From: Lachnospiraceae bacterium
GTDB lineage: Bacteria > Bacillota > Clostridia > Lachnospirales > Lachnospiraceae
Length of the DNA: 64,000 nt
Direction: 5' to 3'
Assembly (NCBI GenBank): GCA_028692395.1
Contig: JAQUXP010000016.1
Location: 5,600 to 69,599 of the forward strand
Part shown: positions 9,242-17,577 of the stretch, piece by piece
Position numbering within the stretch: the first letter of the stretch is position 1
Layout: each line of letters begins with the position of its first letter
Notes under the pieces: generated by a model
Databases searched by the model: none
What the model saw: only the letters and a program-made list of their open reading frames with translations
Told to the model about the DNA's origin: nothing
Position numbers and translations under genes: made by a program

Positions 9242-9895
9242 TTACTCGAAGCGGTTTCCACTCTTTTCCAGATCTTTTTCCACTTCATCCGGTATGTATT
9301 TGCGGAAGATCATAATGAAGATATTGGAAGTAAAGTAAGCGGTAATTCCGGCTCCGCAGATCAGCATCACCCCCATGAAGGGCTGAAAGAAAAGCCCAAG
9401 AAACACAATTGTTCCTATAATAAGAATCAGTAAAAGTGAGAACAGGATGTGCCGCAGGGACATCAGCAGCGCCAGCTTTACATTTTCAAAGATGGTATTT
9501 TCAAACTTTGCCTGTATGGGAAAGATATAAAGGCTGACCAGGAGAAAGGGGATCAGGAATACGGAGCATCCGATGATCATAACCTTACCAGCAGTATTAT
9601 GAAGGAAGAGTCCATAGCGGATATCGGTGACAAACAGAAATCCAGCCAGAAGCATGACAAGCCAGAGAATGGTGGACTGCTTCAGATTTTCCCGGAAGGA
9701 TTTTCGGAAATTCTGATACAGATAACCCTCTCCGGTTCGTATCAGCTTCATGGTAGTGTAGTAGAGGGCTGTGGTGGAAGCGCCGATCGTGACAAGCGGG
9801 ATGCTGTATAACAGCCATAAAAAATGTAGAATGACAATGTTCGCCACCATATTAAGACCGCGCATCAGGATGCTGTCCGGTGAAAAAAGTCCCAT
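9242..9895 (-). CDS. YesL/DUF624 family membrane protein
   Basis: The start MGLFSPDS, the motif NIVILHFLWLLYSIPLVTIGASTTALYY and several TM helices fit the family. I moved the start to ATG 9895 (GTGAGG RBS) from the ORF start at 9940. Confidence 0.7.
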   Translation of the reverse strand: MGLFSPDSILMRGLNMVANIVILHFLWLLYSIPLVTIGASTTALYYTTMKLIRTGEGYLYQNFRKSFRENLKQSTILWLVMLLAGFLFVTDIRYGLFLHNTAGKVMIIGCSVFLIPFLLVSLYIFPIQAKFENTIFENVKLALLMSLRHILFSLLLILIIGTIVFLGLFFQPFMGVMLICGAGITAYFTSNIFIMIFRKYIPDEVEKDLEKSGNRFE

Positions 9896-10336
9896 AGAAA
9901 ACCTCACTTTCTTTTTAGAAAAGAGTTGTTGTACTTGCATGTCCAGGATCTAGCCATGGTCTTTGGACACAACAGTGTAACGGCTCTATTATTTTACAGA
10001 TAGTTAAAAGTATACGTTCTTTTGGAAAGGATGTCGATAGGAGAACTGCAAAAATACTACACAAAAATACACATAAAAAACTGTAATAATTTAACGAAAA
10101 CTAAAATAAAGAGCATTTCACCCTGGATAAAAGCAAAAAACAAAGAAAATAATCGTATATTTAGATAAAACTAAAATAAATTTGAAAATAGTAAAATGCA
10201 ATAAATTTCACATATAAAAACTGTTAGATTGTCACAAACTTGTGCATAATGGAAATAAAACACTAAAATAATATTGAAAAATCTAAATAATGGTGCTATC
10301 CTAACAGCAAGTTCAACTAAAAGGAGGAAATATCAT

Positions 10337-11728
10337 ATGAAACTGAAAAAGGTGATTGCACTGGCAACGGTTACAGCATTGACGGCAGCCATGTTTACAG
10401 GATGTGGAGGCTCAGGTAAGAGTGCCTCAACGGATGGAAAGGCAAATCTTTCCGTATTTATTTTCGCAAATGACCATGAGTCTGAGATTTACAACAAGAT
10501 GTTTGAAGAGTACAAGAATACACATGCCGATACGATTAATAAAATTGATGTTCAGATTACCACCCAGGATGAGTACAGTACAACTCTGACTGGTATGATG
10601 ACAGCAGGAGATCTGCCGGACATCTTCTATGTGGGACCGGAATCTGTAAAGGAGTTTGTGGACGAAGGATATATCGAGGATCTGCAGCCGATTCTGGACA
10701 AGGCAGGCATTACAACAGACGGACTTTCCGCACAGGAGGCGTTGAACAGTTATCGCTATGACGGAACAGAGACAGGAAGCGGAGATCTCTACGCACTGCC
10801 AAAGGATGCATCTGTATTCTCCTATGCTTATAATAAGGATCTTTTCGATGAAGCAGGTCTGGCATATCCGGATCCGGAAAACCCATATACCTATGATGAG
10901 TTTGTTGAGGTCTGCAAGCAGCTTACCAAAGACACCGACGGCGATGGCGAGATCGATCAGTGGGGATGTGGTACCGCAGATACCTTTATGATGTATCAGT
11001 ACATCTGGTCAAATGGAGCTTCCTTCTTAAGTGATGATCACAAGACAGTCACCATCGATACCCCTGAGTTTATCGATGCAGTTCAAAAATATGTAGATCT
11101 TACTTTAGTTCATCAGGTAACTCCTACCGTGGAGCAGGACACTTCTCTTGGTGTATATCAGAGATGGCTTGCAGGACAGGAAGCATTCTATGCATGTGGA
11201 ACCTGGGATGTTGCAGCATTTGAAGATGAGGAGACCTTCCCGTTCAACTGGGATTTGTGTGGTTATCCTACCATGTCAAGCGGCGTTTCCACAACATGGC
11301 TTGGAACAGTAGGCTTCTGTGTATCTGCTAAGAGTGAAAATAAGGATATCGCAGCTGACCTGGTATCTTATGTAAGTACAAATGAAGACGGACAGAAGGA
11401 GCTTTCCGGAATCACTACTGGCGAATCCATCCAGCTTCCGAATATCACATCTCTTGCAGAGGGTGAATTCAAAGAAAGTATCGCCTCCGGTGATCTTGCA
11501 TTCCCGCTTAATGTAGATGTATTCTTCAACTACCTTGGCGGCACAGACAAATACGAAGGAAGATTCATGGAGAGTACTTATACGCCAAATGCAGAGTGGC
11601 TGGATCTGTTCTTTGAGGGCTTCGCTAATGTGAAAAACGGCAGTGAGACAGTAGCAGATTATATTGCAAAGGTACAGCCTCAGATGCAGGATTCTCTGGA
11701 TACTGCATGGGCAAACGCAAGTAAATAA
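10337..11728 (+). CDS. carbohydrate ABC transporter substrate-binding lipoprotein (family 1 SBP)
   Basis: A lipoprotein signal (LTAAMFTGCGG) is present and AAGGAGG lies upstream of ATG 10337. Two MalF/MalG-type permease genes follow. Confidence 0.85.
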   Translation: MKLKKVIALATVTALTAAMFTGCGGSGKSASTDGKANLSVFIFANDHESEIYNKMFEEYKNTHADTINKIDVQITTQDEYSTTLTGMMTAGDLPDIFYVGPESVKEFVDEGYIEDLQPILDKAGITTDGLSAQEALNSYRYDGTETGSGDLYALPKDASVFSYAYNKDLFDEAGLAYPDPENPYTYDEFVEVCKQLTKDTDGDGEIDQWGCGTADTFMMYQYIWSNGASFLSDDHKTVTIDTPEFIDAVQKYVDLTLVHQVTPTVEQDTSLGVYQRWLAGQEAFYACGTWDVAAFEDEETFPFNWDLCGYPTMSSGVSTTWLGTVGFCVSAKSENKDIAADLVSYVSTNEDGQKELSGITTGESIQLPNITSLAEGEFKESIASGDLAFPLNVDVFFNYLGGTDKYEGRFMESTYTPNAEWLDLFFEGFANVKNGSETVADYIAKVQPQMQDSLDTAWANASK

Positions 11729-11761
11729 GTAACACGAGATATCCTGAAAGGCGGTGTAACG

Positions 11762-12685
11762 ATGGCTACAGCAAAGAGGGAAACCAAGAAGAGGATGAGC
11801 AAAGCAGCGCTTCGGGAGGAGCGCTGGGGGCGACTGTTTGTCGCCTCCCCATTCGTTGGCTTCTTATGTTTTATGGCATTTCCGATTGTGTTTGCATTCA
11901 TTGCAAGTATGTCAACCTGGAATGGTATCAACAGTATCACTGATAATTTTGTAGGACTTCAGAACTATATCGATCTGCTCACAGATGCGAAGTTTTGGAA
12001 GGTAATTGGCAATACCCTTATCTACATGATAGGGATTCCCATCGGTATGATTCTTGCACTGATCCTTGCCGTAGGAATGAACCGTAAGATGAAGGGTGTC
12101 AAGATTCTTCGTACAATCTACTACATTCCGGTTGTATCCTCGCTTGTTGCGGTTGCTATCGTATGGATGTGGGTATTCAATTACGATTATGGTCTTTTGA
12201 ACACAGCAATCAAGGCAATCACAGGACAGCATGGTCCCAACTGGCTGGGTGACGAGTTCTGGGTGAAGATTGCCATTATCATCTTTATGGTCTGGAAGGG
12301 GCTTGGTACCTCGATTATCCTGTACCTGTCCGGACTGCAGAGTATCCCAAGAGATTACTATGAAGCGGCAAGAATTGACGGTGCAAACGGACTCTCCCTG
12401 TTCCGCCATATTACCATTCCACTGGTATCTCCGGTAACCTTCTACTTATTAATTATGGGACTCATCGGTGGCTTTCAGGTATTCGTAGAAATCATGGTTA
12501 TGGTTCCAAAGGGTGGTACGAATTACAGTGCAGCAACAATCGTGTTCTACTTGTACGATAAAGCATTCAGCAATCGGCAGATGGGTTATGGTTCAGCCAT
12601 GGCATTCCTGCTTTGTATCCTTATCTTCATCGTGACGTTAATTAACTTCACTATGCAGGATAAGTGGGTTAAAACAATCGATTAA
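11762..12685 (+). CDS. carbohydrate ABC transporter permease (MalF-like)
   Basis: The protein has the EAA-type loop (YYEAARIDGANGLSLFRHITIPL) and six TM segments. Confidence 0.85.
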   Translation: MATAKRETKKRMSKAALREERWGRLFVASPFVGFLCFMAFPIVFAFIASMSTWNGINSITDNFVGLQNYIDLLTDAKFWKVIGNTLIYMIGIPIGMILALILAVGMNRKMKGVKILRTIYYIPVVSSLVAVAIVWMWVFNYDYGLLNTAIKAITGQHGPNWLGDEFWVKIAIIIFMVWKGLGTSIILYLSGLQSIPRDYYEAARIDGANGLSLFRHITIPLVSPVTFYLLIMGLIGGFQVFVEIMVMVPKGGTNYSAATIVFYLYDKAFSNRQMGYGSAMAFLLCILIFIVTLINFTMQDKWVKTID

Positions 12686-12702
12686 GGAGGTGGGAAGACA
12701 AG

Positions 12703-13572
12703 ATGGCTAGAAAAGACGAACAAAGTTCGGAGTTAAAATCAACAAAAAGTAAAGTGATAGACGCAATCGTGTTTCTGCTGATCGCTATCGGTGCTGTTGC
12801 TATGATTTTCCCACTGATTTACATGGTACTAAGTTCTTTTATGACAAAGAACCAGATTCTTTCTGCTAATTTCTCGATTATTCCGGATCCATGGAAATTC
12901 GGAAAATACAGCGAGGTATTTCAGAAAGGAGAGTTTCTGCGGGGTATTCGTAATACCCTGACAGTAGCTCTTCCGGTATTGATCGGTGGTGGATTTACTT
13001 CCTCTCTGGCAGCATTTTCATTCAGCAAGCTGAACTTCAGAGGAAAAAATTGTATCTTTATGGCGCTGCTGGCTACCATGATGATCCCATTTGCGGTAGT
13101 TATGATTCCGCAGTATGTAATGTTTACAAAGATGGGCTGGACCAACAGTCTGCTTCCTCTGATTATTCCGGGATTATTCGGAAATGTCAGCATTATCTTC
13201 TTCCTGCGTCAGAATCTGACCAGCATCTCAACCTCAATTGCTGAGGCAGCGAAGATTGACGGCTGCGGATACTTTAAGATGTACTACAGTATCTTCCTGC
13301 CGCTGATGAAGGGCCCCCTTTTGACACAGCTGATTCTGTGGTTCATGGGTATCTGGAATGATTATCTTGCACCAACCATCTTTATTCAAAATGATGAGTG
13401 GTTTACATTGCAGGTAGTTATCCGTTCCTTTAACTCAACCTACGCCGTAAACAGCGATTATCCGCTTATTATGGCTGCATCCGTAATATCAATTATTCCA
13501 ACACTGCTCTTATTCTTCTTCTTCCAGCGATTCATCATTGAATCCATGGCGGTTTCAGGAGTAAAGGGCTAA
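12703..13572 (+). CDS. carbohydrate ABC transporter permease (MalG-like)
   Basis: The protein has the EAA loop (IAEAAKIDGCGYFKMYYSIFLPL). AGGAGG RBS. Confidence 0.85.
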   Translation: MARKDEQSSELKSTKSKVIDAIVFLLIAIGAVAMIFPLIYMVLSSFMTKNQILSANFSIIPDPWKFGKYSEVFQKGEFLRGIRNTLTVALPVLIGGGFTSSLAAFSFSKLNFRGKNCIFMALLATMMIPFAVVMIPQYVMFTKMGWTNSLLPLIIPGLFGNVSIIFFLRQNLTSISTSIAEAAKIDGCGYFKMYYSIFLPLMKGPLLTQLILWFMGIWNDYLAPTIFIQNDEWFTLQVVIRSFNSTYAVNSDYPLIMAASVISIIPTLLLFFFFQRFIIESMAVSGVKG

Positions 13573-13596
13573 ATATGAAAGGCAGCAGGTGAAAGA

Positions 13597-14523
13597 ATGC
13601 TTCACATTAAAAATCTTGATGAGGGGCTGGCAGTGTTCACTGCTCTTGGTTCAAAGATTCGGATTGAGATTGTGAAGACGCTGATTGAAAATCGGGCGAT
13701 GAATATGAATGAGCTGGCAGCCAGTCTTGGAATTACGAACGGCGCACTGACCAGCCACATCAAAAGGCTGGAGGAAAGCGGTATTGTAAAGGTGGTCACT
13801 GAACACGGTGGTCATGGAAACCAGAAGATCTGTACTGTCAATGTGGATAAGCTGCTGGTGGATATCGATACTGTGGAGGATGAAGATGCTGCAAATATCT
13901 ACACCACAGAGCTTCAGGTGGGATATTATTCGGATTATGAGGTCTTTCCGACCTGTGGAATCGCTTCCGGTGAGGCACTGATCGGTGAGGTGGATGATCC
14001 CCGGTATTTTGCTCATCCAGATCGGATGAATGCACAGATTCTGTGGTTTACCAGAGGCTATGTGGAGTATATTATCCCAAATCTTTTGCCCAATGCTACC
14101 AGAATCGATCAGCTTACGCTGTCACTGGAGCTTAGTTCCGAGGCACCTGGAGTCAACAGTGACTGGCCCTCCGATATTTCATTTTTACTTAATGACGTGG
14201 TGATCGGAACCTGGACAAGTCCTGGAGATTTTGGAGATGTACAGGGCATCTTTACACCGGACTGGTGGTTCCCCAACTGGAATCAGTATGGTCTTTTAAA
14301 GATGCTTGTGATCAACAGGCGCGGTACCTTTATCGATGGGCTGAAGATATCAGATGTCTCCATAAAGCAGTTTCATCTGGATTACAGAAGCACGATACGC
14401 TTCAAGTTCCAGATTGCAGATCAGGCAAAAAACGTAGGTGGAATGACAATTTTCGGAAGCTCTTTCGGAAATTACAATCAGGACATCAAGGTCAGAATTT
14501 CCTATAGTCCCATGCAGGACTGA
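13597..14523 (+). CDS. ArsR-type winged-helix regulator fused to a C-terminal domain of about 200 aa with unknown function
   Basis: The N-terminal HTH reads FTALGSKIRIEIVKTL...MNELAASLGITNGALTSHIKRLEESGIV. The remainder has no motif I recognise. Confidence 0.65.
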   Translation: MLHIKNLDEGLAVFTALGSKIRIEIVKTLIENRAMNMNELAASLGITNGALTSHIKRLEESGIVKVVTEHGGHGNQKICTVNVDKLLVDIDTVEDEDAANIYTTELQVGYYSDYEVFPTCGIASGEALIGEVDDPRYFAHPDRMNAQILWFTRGYVEYIIPNLLPNATRIDQLTLSLELSSEAPGVNSDWPSDISFLLNDVVIGTWTSPGDFGDVQGIFTPDWWFPNWNQYGLLKMLVINRRGTFIDGLKISDVSIKQFHLDYRSTIRFKFQIADQAKNVGGMTIFGSSFGNYNQDIKVRISYSPMQD

Positions 14524-14599
14524 AAAAATAAGGCTTAGAGGGCTGCAGAATCCTGTGGTCATCTGAGCTTTTTGTAAATGAAAAGGATGGAGGTTTGCT

Positions 14600-16069
14600 A
14601 TGAAAAAGAAACAGATGGTGTTGACATTTTTGGCAGCAGCAGGGAGTGCCCTTGCATTAGGGGGCTGCCAAAAGAAAGAAAATCTGAAAAGCAGTTTACC
14701 GGTGGAGAAGACGTTTGAGGAGGTGTCGGTACATGATCCCTCCGTGGTGCAGGGAGAGGATGGATCCTATTATATCTTCGGTTCTCATCTTGCAGTGGCA
14801 AAGACGGATGACCTTATGAATTGGACTTATGTAAATCAGGGAGTCAAGAACAGTAACACTGTGATTCCTGATGTGCTTACTGCTATGAAAGAGGCATTTG
14901 ACTGGTCTCACAGTAACACCTTCTGGGCACCGGATGTGGTGCAGCTAGAGGATGGAAGCTACAAGCTGTATTACTGTAACTGTGAGGGAAGTTCACCCTT
15001 GTCCTGTCTTGGAACTGCTGTCTCAGATTCCATTGCAGGTCCTTACACAAATGAGGGGCTGATGCTGAAATCCGGTATGGATGCCAGTGAAGCAGATGAA
15101 GACGGAAACCTGTATCAGGCCACCACCGATCCGAATGTGGTGGATCCCAACACCTTCTATGACAAGGATGGACGCCTCTGGATGGTGTACGGTTCTTATT
15201 CCGGAGGTATCTTTATCAAGGAAATGGATCCAGGGACAGGAGATCCCCTGGAAAGTGGTTATGGTAAGAAGCTGCTGGGCGGGAATCATCTGAGAATTGA
15301 AGGACCCTACATCATTTACAATCCGGATACGGATTATTATTATCTGTTCTTATCTTTTGGAGGACTGGACTCGGATGGGGGCTACAATATCCGGGTATGC
15401 CGTTCGAAAACTCCGGATGGCCCCTATGAGGATTCCCTTGGAAATGAAATGACAGACTGTAAGGGCCCTTCAGGAACAACCTTCAGTGATGCCACAGCAG
15501 AACAGTATGGCACAAAGCTTATGGGCAATTATAAGTTTCTCTGGCAGGAAGGCGAGGAAGGGGAAAACCGTAAGGGGTATCTCTCATCGGGACATAATTC
15601 CTGCCTGTATCAGGAGGATACCGGCAAATACTTTATCATTTACCATACACGCTTTGAAAGCATGGGGGAGGAGCATCAGGTGCGGGTGCATCAGATGTTT
15701 TTTAATGAGGAGGGCTGGCCGGTGATTGCGCCTTACCGCTACACAGAGGAATCGCTGGAAAAGGTGGAAAAAAGCGATGTGGCTACCACCTATAAGCTTA
15801 TTAATCATGGCAGGGCAATCTCTGCCGAGATCAATGAATCCCAGAATATTCAGCTGAAGTCCGGTGGTCAGGTGACCGGGGCAGTGGATGGAACCTGGGA
15901 ACTGAAGGGGGATAATGAGATCTCGCTGACGATTGAGGGGGATACCTATGATGGATATTTCCTGAAGCAGTGGGATGAGGATGGCCTGAAGAATGTTATG
16001 ACATTTACGGCACTGTGTGAGGAGACGGGAGTCGCAGTGTGGGGAAGTGGGGTGTATGCGGTGGAGTAG
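14600..16069 (+). CDS. glycoside hydrolase family 43 lipoprotein (arabinanase/arabinofuranosidase-like)
   Basis: A lipobox (LALGGCQ) is followed by the GH43 N-terminal motif VHDPSVV...DGSYYIFGSH and the later WAPDV and EGPYI motifs. Confidence 0.8.
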   Translation: MKKKQMVLTFLAAAGSALALGGCQKKENLKSSLPVEKTFEEVSVHDPSVVQGEDGSYYIFGSHLAVAKTDDLMNWTYVNQGVKNSNTVIPDVLTAMKEAFDWSHSNTFWAPDVVQLEDGSYKLYYCNCEGSSPLSCLGTAVSDSIAGPYTNEGLMLKSGMDASEADEDGNLYQATTDPNVVDPNTFYDKDGRLWMVYGSYSGGIFIKEMDPGTGDPLESGYGKKLLGGNHLRIEGPYIIYNPDTDYYYLFLSFGGLDSDGGYNIRVCRSKTPDGPYEDSLGNEMTDCKGPSGTTFSDATAEQYGTKLMGNYKFLWQEGEEGENRKGYLSSGHNSCLYQEDTGKYFIIYHTRFESMGEEHQVRVHQMFFNEEGWPVIAPYRYTEESLEKVEKSDVATTYKLINHGRAISAEINESQNIQLKSGGQVTGAVDGTWELKGDNEISLTIEGDTYDGYFLKQWDEDGLKNVMTFTALCEETGVAVWGSGVYAVE

Positions 16070-16086
16070 GTGATGGAAAAACGGAC

Positions 16087-16335
16087 GGGAAGCGCTCGCT
16101 CGCCAAAATGGAGCCCCCCGGGGCGGTTGGCAGAGGACACGGTTTCGGAATCCAAGAGCATCCACAGTGGATTTGATTTTGCGATAGGCGTAAGCGGTCA
16201 GCACAAACTCGCTTCGCTCAGACAGTGTGCTGTCTGCTTACATCGCAAATTCTATTCCACTGGGATGCTTAGGATTCCTGCAAATGTGTCTTCTGCCAAC
16301 CGCCCCGGGGCTCTATTTGGCGAGCGAGCGCTTCC
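16087..16335 (+). repeat. long-hairpin repeat family, copy 2 (complete, forward orientation, distinct outer arms)
   Basis: In this 249-bp imperfect palindrome, GGGAAGCGCTCGCTCGCC pairs with GGCGAGCGAGCGCTTCCC. The junction motifs and apical loop are the same as in the other copies. Confidence 0.9.
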
Positions 16336-16349
16336 CTGGGGTTGGGGAC

Positions 16350-16535
16350 GGTTGGGGGCTGCTCCCTGGCGGGAGGACGCCACCCGCTATATAGGGGAGT
16401 TTGTGGTAGGCGGTTGGGGGGTGCTCCCTGGGGGAGGACGCCTGCTCGGTATATAAGGGAGTTTGTGGTGGGCGCTTGGGGGGTGCTTCCTGGGGGGAGG
16501 ACGCTTGCTCGGTATATAAGGGGGTTAGTGGCAGG
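16350..16535. repeat. tandem repeat, three units of about 62 bp (16350-16411, 16412-16473, 16474-about 16535)
   Basis: Units 1 and 2 are near-identical. Unit 3 contains the stop codon and last codons of the minus-strand CDS 16525..17238. The plus strand is G-rich and the minus strand C-rich. Confidence 0.85.
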
Positions 16536-17238
16536 TGTGGGTGGCGCAGGTGTGGTCGGATCCGTGGTGGTGGGTGCAGGTGGTGTTGGGGTCGTACTGG
16601 AGTTTGCCCTGGAGGAAGGATTCTACCTGGGCGTCGGCGTTTCCGGAGGCACCAGGGTAGAGTTCGATTCCGGCTTCAGCCAGGGCATTTCTTGCGCCGC
16701 CGCCGATTCCGCCGCAGATCAGGATTGAGATTCCGCCGCCGAGGAGGAAGCCTGCGAGGGCGCCGTGTCCCTGTCCGTTTGTGTCTATGATTTCGGAGGA
16801 GAGGATTTTTCCGTCTTCGACTTCGTATACTTTGAATTGTTCTGTGTGACCAAAATGCTGAAATACCTGACCATTTTCGTAAGTTACTGCAATTTTCATC
16901 TTTTTTTCTCCTTTTTTAACTGGTTTTGATTGACAACTGGAAGCCTTGGAACATAGTTCGTAGCTTCCGCCTCCAAGTTTCAGGCAGGTTCCCTCTACCA
17001 GAAAACGCGCTATTTTTTTTCGGGCTTCGGTATAGAGAGCCTGGATGGTGGTGCGGGAAACACACATCTGTCCGGCAGCTTCCTGCTGGGTTTTTCCTTC
17101 GTAATCCATAAGACGGATGACTTCGTACTCCTCGATAGAAAGCAGGATTTCGATGGGATTTTCCTGTCGGTCTGCCGGGGCAAAATGAAGGCAGCCCGGC
17201 ATGCGGCAGACGAAACGTTGTTTTCCTGGTCTTGCCAT
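16525..17238 (-). CDS. DUF134 (UPF0251, sigma-70 region-4-like HTH) fused in frame to a NifB/NifX-family cofactor-binding domain, with a Cys/His-rich tail
   Basis: The DUF134 part reads MARPGKQRFVCRMPG...EEYEVIRLMDYEGKTQQEAAGQMCVSRTTIQ. The NifX-like part reads MKIAVTYENGQVFQHFGHTEQF...ICGGIGGGA. The tail is CTHHHGSDHTCATHTCH. The start is ATG 17238 with an AGGAGG RBS. Confidence 0.7.
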   Translation of the reverse strand: MARPGKQRFVCRMPGCLHFAPADRQENPIEILLSIEEYEVIRLMDYEGKTQQEAAGQMCVSRTTIQALYTEARKKIARFLVEGTCLKLGGGSYELCSKASSCQSKPVKKGEKKMKIAVTYENGQVFQHFGHTEQFKVYEVEDGKILSSEIIDTNGQGHGALAGFLLGGGISILICGGIGGGARNALAEAGIELYPGASGNADAQVESFLQGKLQYDPNTTCTHHHGSDHTCATHTCH

Positions 17239-17333
17239 AGAATGCACCTCCTGAATAATAGGATTATAAGAGCACAAAGTGGGTAATAATCCATAGATAG
17301 TAAGGGTCAAAAAGCGTTCGATCCTTATTACAC

Positions 17334-17364
17334 AGTATAAAATAGTTATTGACATATGTCAATA
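17334..17364 (-). promoter_or_regulatory. candidate sigma-70 promoter for the DUF134-NifX gene, embedded in a perfect 18-bp palindrome TATTGACATATGTCAATA (17347-17364)
   Basis: On the minus strand, TTGACA (17362-17357) is followed by a 17-nt spacer and TATACT (17339-17334). Confidence 0.5.
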
Positions 17365-17577
17365 AAAACAAGAAAATTGTATCTGAATTTACTTTGTTTT
17401 ATTTTTCTGTGGCGGGAATGGAAAAGAGATGACGGAACAGATTCTTCTATGTTATACTTACAAAGAATGCTGTCATGTGGAAGATGATTGCTGCAGACAA
17501 CGGTCCCGGGGGGGAGCGGAGGCAGCATGGTATTCATTTTGTTATAAGAAAAAATAAAAAGTCAGGAGAAGGTGGCT

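Noticed and set aside
16076-16087. The 12-mer GAAAAACGGACG found immediately 5-prime of both copy 1 (8222-8233) and copy 2 (16076-16087) as a conserved element boundary.
   Set aside because: It is present at only two of seven copies and is absent at copies 3, 5 and 6. It may be real for a subset, but the evidence is too thin to report as a feature.
16350-16535. The 62-bp x3 tandem array as a possible CRISPR array.
   Set aside because: The units are directly adjacent with no unique spacers, there are only three copies, and no cas genes are present in the window.
16342-16790. Two Gly/Arg-rich plus-strand ORFs (16342..16728 and 16476..16790).
   Set aside because: They are artefacts of the G-rich tandem repeat and of the reverse strand of the well-supported DUF134-NifX CDS. 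Their composition is low-complexity.
16525-17355. The full 276-aa ORF, including the N-terminal MSITILYCVIRIERF... extension.
   Set aside because: The extension has no RBS and overlaps the predicted promoter. ATG 17238 has a strong AGGAGG RBS and matches the usual DUF134 N-terminus (MARPGK).
17363-17571. A T-box riboswitch upstream of the SNF transporter.
   Set aside because: No T-box consensus (AATNAGGGTGGTACCGCG-like) or specifier-loop architecture is found, and the leader is too short.
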